Shown here: piece after piece, positions 34,271 to 44,015 of the stretch
Layout of the letters: each line of letters starts with the position of its first letter
Numbering within the stretch: the first letter of the stretch is position 1
NCBI GenBank assembly: GCA_965203355.1
Contig: OZ241889.1
Location: 4,061,523-4,125,522 of the forward strand
DNA length: 64,000 nucleotides
Direction of reading: 5' to 3'
DNA from: Candidatus Latescibacterota bacterium
GTDB lineage: Bacteria; Latescibacterota; UBA2968; UBA8231
Notes under the pieces: generated by a model
Databases searched by the model: none
What the model saw: the letters and a program-made list of their open reading frames with translations, nothing else
What the model was told of the DNA's origin: nothing
Made by a program: the position numbers and the translations under genes

Positions 34271-35848
34271 ATGAGCGAAACTATCCAGCTCAGCGCGATC
34301 TCGGTCGGCGCGATCCTCCGCAACATAGCCCCGGCCAGACTCTACGAAGAAGCCCTGCGCCACGAGCGCGGATCCACCATTTCCGACCAAGGCGCACTCG
34401 TGGTTTCCTCGGGGGCCAAGACCGGGCGCAGTCCCGGCGATAAGCGCATCGTCTTCGATCCGCAAAGCAGCACCGACATCTGGTGGGGCGCGGTCAACAT
34501 CAAGCTGCGAGAGCACACCTTTATGATCAATCTGGAGCGCGCCATCGACTATCTCAACACCTGCGAGCCGTTGTACGTGGTCGATGGATTCGCCGGTTGG
34601 GATCCGCAGTATCGGCTCAAAATCCGCGTGATTTGCTCCCGTGCATACCACGCGCTCTTCATGTACAACATGCTCATCCGCCCGTCCGCCGACGAGCTAG
34701 ACCAATTCGGAACGCCGGATTTTACCATTTACAACGCCGGCCGCTTTCCGGCCAACCGCTACACCTCGGAGATGACCTCCTCCACCAGCATTGACTTGAG
34801 CTTTGAGCGCCGAGAAATGGTGATTTTGGGAACCGAGTACGCGGGCGAAATGAAAAAGGGCGTATTTACAGTCGTGAACTTCCTCATGCCCAAAGCTGGC
34901 CTGCTGTCCATGCACTGCGCGGCCAATGCGGGAACCAGCGGCGATACTGCGCTGTTCTTTGGCTTGTCGGGCACGGGCAAGACCACGCTGTCAACCGACC
35001 CACAGCGGCACTTGATCGGCGACGACGAGCATGTCTGGAGCGCGGAGGGCATCTTCAACATTGAGGGAGGCTGCTATGCCAAGTGCATCGGCTTGACCCC
35101 GGAGCAAGAGCCTGAAATTTTTCGCGCCATCCGCTTTGGTACGGTCTTGGAAAACGTCGTCTGCGACGCGGAGAGCCGTCGCGTCAATTACGCCGACGAC
35201 GCGATCACCGAAAACACCCGCGCGGCCTATCCCATCGACTACATCCCCAACGCGATGATCCCCGGCATCGGTCGCCATCCGCGCGACATCATCTTCCTCA
35301 CCTGCGACGCCTTCGGCGTACTGCCGCCGGTCAGCCGCCTGACGCCCGACCAAGCCATGTATCACTTTATGAGCGGGTACACCGCCAAAGTCGCTGGCAC
35401 CGAGATGGGCGTCACCAAGCCAGAGGCCGCGTTTTCGGCTTGCTTTGGCGCGGCCTTCATGGTCTGGCATCCGCACAAGTACGCCGCTCTGCTAGCCGAT
35501 AAAATTCGCACGCACAACGCGCAGGTCTGGCTGGTCAACACAGGCTGGACGGGCGGGCCGTATGGCGTGGGCACGCGCCTCGCACTCCAGCACACCCGGG
35601 CCATTATCAGCGCGATTCACGCCGGTGCCCTCGCCGATGCACCCACAGAGCGGGACCCGCGCTTCGGCTTTGACGTGGTGTGCGCGTGTCCAGATGTGCC
35701 TAGCGCGCAGCTAAAGCCACGACGAACTTGGGCCGATGGAGCGGCCTATGACGAGCGCGCTGGCCAGCTCGCCGAGCTATTCAAGGCGAACTTCGCCGCC
35801 TTTGCGGACGGGGCTTCGGCTGCCGTAAAGCAAGCCGAGCCAGCGTGA
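34271..35848 (+). CDS. pckA: phosphoenolpyruvate carboxykinase (ATP)
   Basis: 525 aa from the inner ATG, with P-loop [19 protein letters not shown] and NIEGGCYAK. Confidence 0.9.
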   Translation: MSETIQLSAISVGAILRNIAPARLYEEALRHERGSTISDQGALVVSSGAKTGRSPGDKRIVFDPQSSTDIWWGAVNIKLREHTFMINLERAIDYLNTCEPLYVVDGFAGWDPQYRLKIRVICSRAYHALFMYNMLIRPSADELDQFGTPDFTIYNAGRFPANRYTSEMTSSTSIDLSFERREMVILGTEYAGEMKKGVFTVVNFLMPKAGLLSMHCAANAGTSGDTALFFGLSGTGKTTLSTDPQRHLIGDDEHVWSAEGIFNIEGGCYAKCIGLTPEQEPEIFRAIRFGTVLENVVCDAESRRVNYADDAITENTRAAYPIDYIPNAMIPGIGRHPRDIIFLTCDAFGVLPPVSRLTPDQAMYHFMSGYTAKVAGTEMGVTKPEAAFSACFGAAFMVWHPHKYAALLADKIRTHNAQVWLVNTGWTGGPYGVGTRLALQHTRAIISAIHAGALADAPTERDPRFGFDVVCACPDVPSAQLKPRRTWADGAAYDERAGQLAELFKANFAAFADGASAAVKQAEPA

Positions 35849-35883
35849 GGAATTTGCCACTCACTACACATAAGGAGCAATTA

Positions 35884-37206
35884 ATGGAAATCGCAGCACA
35901 AAAGACCGCTGACCCAGACTACAAGATCGCCGACCTAGCACTGGCCGAATGGGGTAGGCAGGAAATCATGCTCGCCGAGCAGGAGATGCCCGGGCTGATG
36001 GCCCTGCGCGAAGAGTACGGAGCCGCCCAGCCGCTCGCGGGGGCGCGCATCGCCGGCTCCTTGCACGCGACGATCCAGACCGCGGTGCTCATTGAGACGC
36101 TCACCGCGCTCGGGGCGCAAGTGCGCTGGTGCTCGTGCAACATCTTCTCGACTCAAGACCACGCCGCCGCAGCCCTCGCCGCCACCGGCATCCCGATCTT
36201 CGCTTGGAAGGGCGAGACCGAGGACGAGTACTGGTGGTGTACCGAACAAACCCTGCGCTGGCCCGATGGCGACGGCCCCAACCTGATTCTCGACGACGGC
36301 GGCGACCTGACCAAGTGGATCCACGACAAGCACCCAGCGCTTTTGCCGGGCCTGCGCGGCATCTCCGAAGAGACGACCACCGGCGTTCACCACCTCTATC
36401 AGATGCTCGCAGCCGGGACGCTCGCCGTGCCGGCGATCAACGTCAACGACAGCGTCACCAAATCAAAGTTCGACAACCTCTACGGCTGCCGCGAGTCGCT
36501 GGCCGACGGCATCAAGCGCGCCACCGACATAATGATCGCCGCTAAGGTCGTGGTGGTCGCTGGCTACGGCGATGTCGGCAAAGGATGCGCCGATGCCATG
36601 CGCGGCTTGGGCGCCCGAGTAATCGTCACCGAAATCGATCCGATCTGCGCGTTGCAGGCGGCCATGGAAGGCTGCGAAGTCAAGAAGATGGACGACGCCA
36701 TTGCCGAGGGCGACATCTTCGTCACGGCCACCGGGTGCCGCGACATCATTCGCATCGAGCAAATGGAGCGGATGAAAGACGGAGCCATCATCTGCAACAT
36801 CGGCCACTTCGACATCGAAATCCAAGTGGCCGAATTAGTGGGTTATCGCGGAATCAAGCGCGTTGAGATCAAACCGCAAGTCGATAAGTTCACCTTTCCC
36901 GATGGACGCAGCGTCATCCTGTTGGCTGAGGGGCGCTTGGTCAATCTCGGCTGCGCCACCGGGCACCCTTCTTTTGTCATGTCCAATTCGTTTACCAACC
37001 AAGTCTTGGCGCAGATTGAGTTGCACACCCGCCACGAACACTATCCAGTCGGCGTGTACATGCTGCCCAAGCACCTCGACGAGAAGGTGGCGCGGCTCCA
37101 CCTGCAAAAGTTAGGAGTCGAAATTGACGAGCTAGACGCCGAGCAAGCCGCGTATTTGGGAATCCCAGTGGCCGGTCCCTACAAGCCGGAGCACTACCGC
37201 TACTAG
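35884..37206 (+). CDS. ahcY: adenosylhomocysteinase
   Basis: 440 aa from the inner ATG, with [34 protein letters not shown] and HFDIEI. Confidence 0.9.
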   Translation: MEIAAQKTADPDYKIADLALAEWGRQEIMLAEQEMPGLMALREEYGAAQPLAGARIAGSLHATIQTAVLIETLTALGAQVRWCSCNIFSTQDHAAAALAATGIPIFAWKGETEDEYWWCTEQTLRWPDGDGPNLILDDGGDLTKWIHDKHPALLPGLRGISEETTTGVHHLYQMLAAGTLAVPAINVNDSVTKSKFDNLYGCRESLADGIKRATDIMIAAKVVVVAGYGDVGKGCADAMRGLGARVIVTEIDPICALQAAMEGCEVKKMDDAIAEGDIFVTATGCRDIIRIEQMERMKDGAIICNIGHFDIEIQVAELVGYRGIKRVEIKPQVDKFTFPDGRSVILLAEGRLVNLGCATGHPSFVMSNSFTNQVLAQIELHTRHEHYPVGVYMLPKHLDEKVARLHLQKLGVEIDELDAEQAAYLGIPVAGPYKPEHYRY

Positions 37207-37212
37207 CATCCC

Positions 37213-38265
37213 ATGAACGTCGCTGTCTTGCTCTCCGGTGGGGTCGATAGCTCGTTGGCCCTCGCCCTGCTCCGGCGCGAAAAGCGGATCGCGCTCAAAG
37301 CCTATTACCTCAAGATCTGGCTAGAGGACGAACTATTCGCGCTGGGCGATTGCCCGTGGGAAACGGATTTGACCTACGCCCGCGCTACCTGCGAACAGCT
37401 CGGGGTGCCGCTCGAAATCGTGCCGCTGCAAAGCGAGTATCGGGAGCAGATCGTCGAGTACGCGTTGGCCGAACTGCGCTTGGGGCGCACCCCCAGCCCA
37501 GACATCTGGTGCAACCAGCGCGTCAAATTCGGGGCCTTTTATCAGCGAGTGGCCGGCGAGTGCGACCAAATTGCCTCTGGGCACTACGCCCGCGTCGAGG
37601 GAGGCACGGGCCGCTATCGGCTTCGGCGCGCCGCCGATCCAGTCAAGGACCAGACCTATTTCCTCTCCAACCTGAGCCAAGCGCAACTCGCGCGGCTCTG
37701 CTTGCCCATCGGCCACCTGCACAAGCACCAAGTGCGCACAATCGCCGCAGAACTTGACCTGCCGACCCAAGATCGCCCCGACAGCCAAGGCATGTGCTTC
37801 TTGGGCAAGATCAACTACCGGGACTTCGTCCGCTTCCACTTGGGAGAGGTCCGAGGCGACATCGTCGAGCAGGCGAGCGGAAAAAAGAAGGGCGAGCACC
37901 CCGGCTATTGGTTCTACACCATTGGCCAGCGGCACGGCCTGCAACTCGGCGGCGGCCCTTGGTATGTGATCGACAAAGACGTCGCCAACAACATCGTGTA
38001 CATCGCCCACGGCAGCGCACCGACGCGAACCGGACGCCGTGCGTTGGTTGCGGAACAAGTCCATTGGATCGCCGGAGCACCGGAGCACGACGCGCTCCAC
38101 GTCAAGCTCCGGCATGGGCCAGCGCTGGTGCCCTGTCAGGTGCAAATGCTCGCGCCAGACCGCGCCCACGTCGCCCTGTCCACGCCCGACCTCGGCATGG
38201 CTCCGGGCCAGCACGCCGTGTTCTACGACGGTGAAATTTGCCTCGGCGGCGGCATCATTGCCTAG
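37213..38265 (+). CDS. mnmA: tRNA 2-thiouridine(34) synthase MnmA
   Basis: 350 aa with the PP-loop LLSGGVDSS, DQTYFL and SQGMCF. Confidence 0.9.
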   Translation: MNVAVLLSGGVDSSLALALLRREKRIALKAYYLKIWLEDELFALGDCPWETDLTYARATCEQLGVPLEIVPLQSEYREQIVEYALAELRLGRTPSPDIWCNQRVKFGAFYQRVAGECDQIASGHYARVEGGTGRYRLRRAADPVKDQTYFLSNLSQAQLARLCLPIGHLHKHQVRTIAAELDLPTQDRPDSQGMCFLGKINYRDFVRFHLGEVRGDIVEQASGKKKGEHPGYWFYTIGQRHGLQLGGGPWYVIDKDVANNIVYIAHGSAPTRTGRRALVAEQVHWIAGAPEHDALHVKLRHGPALVPCQVQMLAPDRAHVALSTPDLGMAPGQHAVFYDGEICLGGGIIA

Positions 38266-38268
38266 CTG

Positions 38269-39255
38269 TTACGCGGTGGGACTCGGTGCGGCTACACGCT
38301 GGACCGCTCGACATCGCAGCCGGCGATCGTCCACGTCCTTCGCCATCTCAACCATCACCTCAAGCGCCTCGTCCGCATCGGGATCCTGTTTCAGGCCCCA
38401 CGATGCACCCATGATCTTGTCGCAGAAGGCCCCCGCAAACATCCGCTCCTCGTTTTCTCCCAACACATCGCTGAAAACCGCTATCGCCTCAAGCAAAATC
38501 TCCCGCTTTTCCGCTGCGGTCTCGCCGAACCCCATTGCATTGTTGATAAACCGGCCGACATCCAGACACGAGGCCCCGATGACGCCCTTGGGATCAATCG
38601 CCAGCCAGCCGCGGCCTGCGTCAGACAGAATATTCCAGTGATGGAGGTCGCCGTGCAACAGTATCTGAGGTTCATCCGGCTCCATCAGGATTTCCATCAT
38701 GGACTCCACGCGCGGAATCTGCTCGACGTAGCCCCGCGCTCGCACGCGATCTTTGCAGCTTCTAGCGTCCGCAAATGCACGGCGCAGCCAATCCACAAAG
38801 TGCGGCAGGGCATGGTTCGACGGCGGCGGGATCGCGTGTAACTTCTGGAGGATCCGCGCCGCAATCGCGCTTTGCTCGCGCACGTTCTCAACCGAATCTA
38901 GCATCTTGCCCGGCCGCAATCGTTCGAGCAGCATGGCGTTGAGCACTTTGTCGCAGTCAATGAGCCGATTGACCCCACGCCCCTCGTAGATCGCCAACGC
39001 TTCCATCTCCGTGCTGAAATCGCCGTGCGGGACGCCCACCTTGAGCACGGCCTCTGCCCCAGTGCCCATCTCGACGTAGGCGATGTAGTTGACCTTAATC
39101 TCCTCAGTCGGTCGGCCAAGTGTCAGACCCCACTTATCGCAGCATCGCTTGAGAATGGACGGCAGTTCCGCCAGCCATGCCTCGCCTGCTCGGCCAAATT
39201 CTCGCGTCGCATACCGCCGGAATCGCTCGGGGAACTGCGGGGCGTCAATCAGCAT
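38269..39255 (-). CDS. aminoglycoside phosphotransferase-like kinase (APH(6)/hydroxyurea-kinase type)
   Basis: 328 aa with the catalytic loop LLHGDLHHWNIL and IDPKGVIG. Confidence 0.7.
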   Translation of the reverse strand: MLIDAPQFPERFRRYATREFGRAGEAWLAELPSILKRCCDKWGLTLGRPTEEIKVNYIAYVEMGTGAEAVLKVGVPHGDFSTEMEALAIYEGRGVNRLIDCDKVLNAMLLERLRPGKMLDSVENVREQSAIAARILQKLHAIPPPSNHALPHFVDWLRRAFADARSCKDRVRARGYVEQIPRVESMMEILMEPDEPQILLHGDLHHWNILSDAGRGWLAIDPKGVIGASCLDVGRFINNAMGFGETAAEKREILLEAIAVFSDVLGENEERMFAGAFCDKIMGASWGLKQDPDADEALEVMVEMAKDVDDRRLRCRAVQRVAAPSPTA

Positions 39256-39287
39256 CTATCGCGTTTCTTCGCAAAGCACTCAACGCG

Positions 39288-40145
39288 CTACCGGAGAAAC
39301 ATCTCGCCCGTGAAGGGCAAAGGCTGGTCTGGACGTTCGTAGCGAATCTGTTGGGGCGTCTTGTCGAGCGCGGCGGCCCATTGGTCTCGCCAGTCTTCAT
39401 AGACAGTCTCCGAGGCGGGATCGCGCCGGCTGCGGGCGACGAGACTAGGCCACTCTGGCCGCGGGGAAGGCGCGCCCGTCTTCTGGTAGCGCAGATCCAT
39501 ACTCCAACGCACGGCGTTGGTCTTATTCGGGCCTGAGCCGTGGGGCGTCAGTTTGTGGACGAACAGAACGTCCCCCTTCTGCATGGGCAGGCTAACCCGC
39601 TCGGTCTGGGGCAGATCCTGCCCGTACCGCCAATAGACCATGCGCCGCTGGTGGACCCGAGGCTGGACCTGTAAGCAGCCGTTCTCTTCGGTTGACTCGA
39701 CGAGGGGGATCCAAACGGTCACCTGTAGGATACCTTGCGCTTGTTGGGTAGTGAACACGGCATCCTGATGAAAAACTACCTCTGTTGACGGCATCTTTGG
39801 CCGGATGTGCGACACTGCGTTGCAGGTAATCTCTGGACCGATGAACGGCTCAATCAGGTCGACGAGGCGCTGATTGCGCAAAAACTCAAAGGTGCGGCGG
39901 CGGCGCGTCTCCCCTATGTCGGGATAGTCATCAACTCCATCGCACGCTTCGGCGAGGCAGGCCAAGCGCCGCGCAAAAGGCTCGTTTTCGTAGAGATGGG
40001 CGATCTTGCCCTGTGCGCGTAGATCGCGGGCGATTTCATCGACGATGCTAATGTGATCCTCGATGAGCGGCGCGAGATCATCGTCCGTAAGCCCTCCTTT
40101 GATAAGGACGTACCCTTCTTTCTCAAAAAAGTCGAGATCGTTCAC
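39288..40145 (-). CDS. PhyH-family Fe(II)/2-oxoglutarate dioxygenase
   Basis: GTG 40145 preceded by AGAAGGAGG. 285 aa with an HxD..H facial triad context (FHQDAVF ... HKLTPHGSGPN). Confidence 0.75.
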   Translation of the reverse strand: MNDLDFFEKEGYVLIKGGLTDDDLAPLIEDHISIVDEIARDLRAQGKIAHLYENEPFARRLACLAEACDGVDDYPDIGETRRRRTFEFLRNQRLVDLIEPFIGPEITCNAVSHIRPKMPSTEVVFHQDAVFTTQQAQGILQVTVWIPLVESTEENGCLQVQPRVHQRRMVYWRYGQDLPQTERVSLPMQKGDVLFVHKLTPHGSGPNKTNAVRWSMDLRYQKTGAPSPRPEWPSLVARSRRDPASETVYEDWRDQWAAALDKTPQQIRYERPDQPLPFTGEMFLR

Positions 40146-40291
40146 ACGGAGCCTCCTTCTGTTCAATTTTCTTCCCGGCCTCCAACGACCGCCGAGAGAC
40201 AAGACCCGTCGGCCAGCGCGCCTCGAATTGTAAAGGGCTTGGATTGCCGCTAAAATAAAAAGCCACATTTCCTCTCAAAAAAGACCATGAC

Positions 40292-41434
40292 ATGTTTGCA
40301 CTGATTTTCCTATCGCTGCTCGGCTCGATCTACGGCTATGCGGGCTGGCGGCTCATTCCTTATCTCCCCCCACTCGCCCAAGTCGGGGCCGCACTCGCGC
40401 TGGTGTTCCTGCTGTTGACGCCCTTGTTGCTCTTCCGCCTGCGCTCTCGTCCACATCTGGTTTGGCTGACCGATCCGCTCTCTTGGGTGGCCTATCTCGG
40501 CATGGGCTTTTTCACCGTCTGCTCGACGTTGCTGCTCCTGCGCGATGTCGGCGGACTACTCATGGGCCTATTCTATCCCATTGACGCAACGCACAAAGCC
40601 AGCATTGATTTGGCGACCTTTGCCTCAGCCTTGCTCGCGGCGTCCTACGGCTACTATCAAGCCCGCCGGACGCCAGCGGTCCGCCGCGTCGATGTTCCTA
40701 TTGCCAATCTCCCGCCCGCACTAGTCGGACTGCGCATCGTGCAAATCAGCGATCTCCACATCGGCCCGACCATCAAGGCCCCCTTTGTGGAGCGCGTTGT
40801 CGCTCGCGTCAATGAACTGCAACCCGACCTAATCGCCTTCACCGGCGACCTCGCCGACGGGACCGTCGAAAGACTCGCCGTACACACAGCCGCTCTCGCC
40901 GAACTCTCCGCGCCGCTCGGGGTCTATTTCTGCACCGGCAACCACGAATACTATTCGGGCGTGGAGCGCTGGACGGAGCAAGCACGCCGCCTCGGCTTCG
41001 ACGTCCTGATCAACGAGATGCGCCTGATCAACTGCGGCGGCGGGCGGATCGCCTTAGCCGGCACGACCGACTTCAACGCCGGCGCGCTAGTCCCGGATCA
41101 CGCATCGGACCCGGCCAAGGCCCTTGCCGAGAGCAACGGAGCCGATGTGCGCATCCTGCTCGCGCACCAGCCGCGCAGTATAGAGGCCGCCAGCCAAGCC
41201 GACTGCCACCTGCAACTGTCGGGGCACACGCACGGGGGCCAGTTCGTGCCGTGGAAGTACGTCATTCCCCTGCAACAGCCCTATGTCGCGGGCCTGCACA
41301 AATTTCGCGACACTTGGATCTACGTCCATCGAGGCACCGGCTATTGGGGTCCGCCGCTGCGGCTCGGTGCCCCTTCCGAGATCGCGCTCCTCACCCTGAG
41401 TCGGGCCGGGTCTGCGCGCAGCCACTTTCAATAG
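40292..41434 (+). CDS. membrane-anchored calcineurin-like metallophosphoesterase
   Basis: 380 aa with N-terminal TM helices, then ISDLHIGP, TGDLADG, GNHEYY and GHTHGGQ. Confidence 0.8.
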   Translation: MFALIFLSLLGSIYGYAGWRLIPYLPPLAQVGAALALVFLLLTPLLLFRLRSRPHLVWLTDPLSWVAYLGMGFFTVCSTLLLLRDVGGLLMGLFYPIDATHKASIDLATFASALLAASYGYYQARRTPAVRRVDVPIANLPPALVGLRIVQISDLHIGPTIKAPFVERVVARVNELQPDLIAFTGDLADGTVERLAVHTAALAELSAPLGVYFCTGNHEYYSGVERWTEQARRLGFDVLINEMRLINCGGGRIALAGTTDFNAGALVPDHASDPAKALAESNGADVRILLAHQPRSIEAASQADCHLQLSGHTHGGQFVPWKYVIPLQQPYVAGLHKFRDTWIYVHRGTGYWGPPLRLGAPSEIALLTLSRAGSARSHFQ

Positions 41435-41575
41435 TTCGCTTGATCTTGGCGGCGCGACTTGATGCTGCCAACCACGGCCACCCAGGGTGTGGACGGATCA
41501 ACCAAAGCAAGTCCTCAAAGGTTGTAATCCGCCGCAGCCCTTGTTAATTTGCCCGCCTCACTTAGGAGGATACAG

Positions 41576-42367
41576 ATGACCACCGCCCCGTCCGTTACCC
41601 AACACCACAAAGCACTAGACCAAGAGCAGATCGACCAATTCCGCCGCCGCGGCTTCATCGCCATTGGCAAGTTGCTCGACGACGACCTCATGGCCTTGCT
41701 GCGCGACGAATACGACCGCCTCTTTGCCCAAGCGCGTCAAAACGGACACTTCCGCAACCTGTCCATCAGCGACACCGATGATCTCGACCAAAAGAACAAC
41801 GCCGGCGAGCAGATGTTGCAGATTATGCAAATGTGCGAGCGCAGTATCCTCTTCCGGCAACTGCTCTACGACACCCGCATCCTCGACATCGCCGAAAATC
41901 TCATCGGCCCGAATATCCAACTCTTTCACGACCAAGCCCTCTACAAACCTGCCCACCACGGCGGACCCGTCTTTTGGCACCAAGACAACGCCTACTGGAA
42001 ATGCCGGCCGGCCAACTTGGTTAGCTGCTGGATGACGCTTGACGATGTCGATGCGACCAACGGCGCCATGCACTTACTGCCCGGATCACACCTGACACCT
42101 GTCGGGCACGAGCGCTCGGAGCAAACCAATGCCTTGCTCGACTACGGCGACCAAGTCGATGCAACCCAAGCCGCCGTCATAGACCTGCCCGCCGGCGGCG
42201 CACTCTTCCACCACTGCCAAACCCTTCACTACACCCCACCGAACCAAACCGATCGCCAACGCCGCGCCTTTGTCATCCACTTCATGCCCCCTGGCACGCG
42301 CTCAGAGCACACCGGGCAATTCCTCGAAGTGTCTTTTAGCCGACCCATGCTGCGGATGCGAGTCTAA
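41576..42367 (+). CDS. PhyH-family Fe(II)/2-oxoglutarate dioxygenase
   Basis: ATG 41576 preceded by TAGGAGGA. 263 aa with WHQDNAYW and HHCQTLHYTPPN. Confidence 0.8.
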   Translation: MTTAPSVTQHHKALDQEQIDQFRRRGFIAIGKLLDDDLMALLRDEYDRLFAQARQNGHFRNLSISDTDDLDQKNNAGEQMLQIMQMCERSILFRQLLYDTRILDIAENLIGPNIQLFHDQALYKPAHHGGPVFWHQDNAYWKCRPANLVSCWMTLDDVDATNGAMHLLPGSHLTPVGHERSEQTNALLDYGDQVDATQAAVIDLPAGGALFHHCQTLHYTPPNQTDRQRRAFVIHFMPPGTRSEHTGQFLEVSFSRPMLRMRV

Positions 42368-42451
42368 ACCACGCGGTTTTGTTGACTAATACACAGGCAC
42401 TCCCGAAGTTTAAGGGTGTCACCCAGCATACGCTGTCGCGCTTTGGAGACC

Positions 42452-43387
42452 ATGATGACCGTTATCCACACAACCGACGATCTGATCCGTCTGCTGAACG
42501 AAAACGACGAGTTCCGCCAAGCCGTCCGCCGCCACGTCCTAAGCGACGAACTCATTCAGCTACCCGAGCGGCTTGCCAAGTTCGAAACTCATGTCGAGGA
42601 CTTTATGGGCGAGCAGCGGCAGTTCAACAAAGAGCAGCAGCAGTTCAACAAAGAGCAGCAGCAGTTCAACAAAGAGCAGCGGCAGTTCAACAAAGAGCAG
42701 CAGCAGTTCAACAAAGAACAGAAGCAGTTCAACAAAGAACAGAAGCAGTTCAATCAGCAAGTAGAGAGTTCTATCGGCGAAATACGAGTTGAACTCGCCC
42801 AACAGGGAAAAACCCTCAAACAACAAACAGACGCCATCGGCGAAATACGAGTTGAACTCGCCCAACAGGGAAAAACCCTCAAACAACATACAGACGCCAT
42901 CGGCGAAATACGAGTTGAACTCGCCCAACAGGGAAAAACCCTCAAACAACAAACAGACGCTATCGGCGAACTGCGCGGTAAAGTAGCCCGGCAGGTAGTT
43001 GGTGTGCATTTTCTAGAAATCACCGACGCTATGGGCTTTCGGTTCAAGGGGCTTTTGACCAGGCTGGACCTCGGCCAATTGATTTTCCAACGCGAGATCG
43101 ACATTCCCCTAGGCGACCGGCGCAGCTTCTTTCGCGCCGATCTGGTCATAGAAGCCACAGACTCACAGGACGTTATGCACTACATAGCTGTCGAGGCTTC
43201 CTACACGGCCGACCAACGCGATACGAGCCGGGCCCAGCGCAACGCCGCCCTACTCACTCAGCTCACGGGGCACCCGGCCCACGCCGCCATTGCCAGTGTC
43301 CGCAACGTCCACGAAATCCAGACACTGATCGACAACGGCACGGTGTACTGGTACGCGCTCGAACCCAACGACTTCACACCTGAATAG
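42452..43387 (+). CDS. coiled-coil repeat protein with a C-terminal PD-(D/E)XK-like region
   Basis: About 311 aa. Seven EQQQFNK heptads, three 21-aa IGEIRVELAQQGKTLKQQTDA units, then ..FFRADLVIEATDSQDVMHYIAVEASYTADQRD... The start is either ATG 42452 or ATG 42455. Confidence 0.7.
   Translation: MMTVIHTTDDLIRLLNENDEFRQAVRRHVLSDELIQLPERLAKFETHVEDFMGEQRQFNKEQQQFNKEQQQFNKEQRQFNKEQQQFNKEQKQFNKEQKQFNQQVESSIGEIRVELAQQGKTLKQQTDAIGEIRVELAQQGKTLKQHTDAIGEIRVELAQQGKTLKQQTDAIGELRGKVARQVVGVHFLEITDAMGFRFKGLLTRLDLGQLIFQREIDIPLGDRRSFFRADLVIEATDSQDVMHYIAVEASYTADQRDTSRAQRNAALLTQLTGHPAHAAIASVRNVHEIQTLIDNGTVYWYALEPNDFTPE
42611..42757 (+). repeat. 7 x 21-nt tandem coding repeat
   Basis: GAGCAGCRGCAGTTCAACAAA units (EQ[QRK]QFNK) with few substitutions. 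Confidence 0.85.
42773..42961 (+). repeat. 3 x 63-nt tandem coding repeat
   Basis: ATCGGCGAAATACGAGTTGAACTCGCCCAACAGGGAAAAACCCTCAAACAACAWACAGACGCC occurs three times nearly identically. A degenerate fourth start follows. Confidence 0.85.
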
Positions 43388-43509
43388 TCTTTTTAAATTG
43401 TTGCCCCAAAAAGCCTAGTAGTAATGGCGTCTCGCCCGCGGAAAACGCCCGATTTAGGAACCGCTCGACCGCCCGTTGAAGTAGTCCGACGAGCAGCTTA
43501 AAAACGCTT
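43386..43509 (+). repeat. MITE-like intergenic repeat, copy C (longest)
   Basis: Core 43415..43509: CTAGTAGTAATGGCGTCTCGCCCGCGGAAAACGCCCGATTTAGGAACCGCTCGACCGCCCGTTGAAGTAGTCCGACGAGCAGCTTAAAAACGCTT. The left flank AGTCTTTTTAAATTGTT is an imperfect inverted match to the right end TTAAAAACGCT. Confidence 0.55.
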
Positions 43510-43877
43510 CTGAGGAGTCCCGTTACCACTACGCACTCCTTACCCACCTAGTATTGATAACCGACATTCTTTGACGACCCTCCAGCCGTTGGGCATATTA
43601 CCGGGCCATGAACCCCATAAACCCTCAAGCCCGGTCGGCACTAGCCACTCTCCCCGGCCCGCGTCTGAACGCGACCTCTGAGGTACGCCGCACCCTTTCC
43701 CGAAATCGTCGAGTGGGCACTCCAAGCCGGAGGAACCTGCACTCACGGCATCGGCTTGGACAAAACAATCTGATGAACCCCGGCAAAGTCGTGAATGGAC
43801 GATAAGACGAACACTCAATCTCAGATGTTGCCGATGGGGTAAGGCTTGGGTGCGGCATGTTTATTGTCTTGCCCTTG

Positions 43878-43986
43878 ATCATCTTTGGATTGCTATTGCT
43901 GTTAGGGTTGGGACTCGGAAAGCGTTACTAGACGCTCCCGATGTAGCAATCATCTTTGGATTGCTATTGCTGCTAAGTTTGGGACT
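43878..43986 (+). repeat. two 38-nt direct repeats separated by 33 nt
   Basis: 43878..43915 ATCATCTTTGGATTGCTATTGCTGTTAGGGTTGGGACT versus 43949..43986 ATCATCTTTGGATTGCTATTGCTGCTAAGTTTGGGACT (35/38 identical, period 71 nt). They sit directly upstream of the RBS of the 44016 gene. Confidence 0.7.
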
Positions 43987-44015
43987 TATAACCTGCTAGT
44001 GAAAGGACGTGCAAA

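Noticed and set aside
34115-34651. 178-aa minus-strand ORF upstream of and overlapping pckA.
   Set aside because: It is antisense to the conserved pckA N-terminus and has no motifs.
43540-43882. ORFs 43540..43818 (minus), 43608..43805 (plus) and 43625..43882 (minus) as genes. Also tested whether the region is RNase P RNA or tmRNA.
   Set aside because: The ORFs have no motifs and implausible compositions. The region lacks the conserved GGAAAGUCCGGGC / ACAGAACCCGGCUUA RNase P blocks, a tRNA-like CCA end and a tag-peptide frame.
43878-43986. CRISPR array call for the 38-nt repeats.
   Set aside because: There are only two repeats, with 3 mismatches. There is no third degenerate repeat at the expected 71-nt offsets, no cas genes in the 64 kb, and the repeat has no typical terminal motif. 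I kept it as a finding but did not call it a CRISPR feature.
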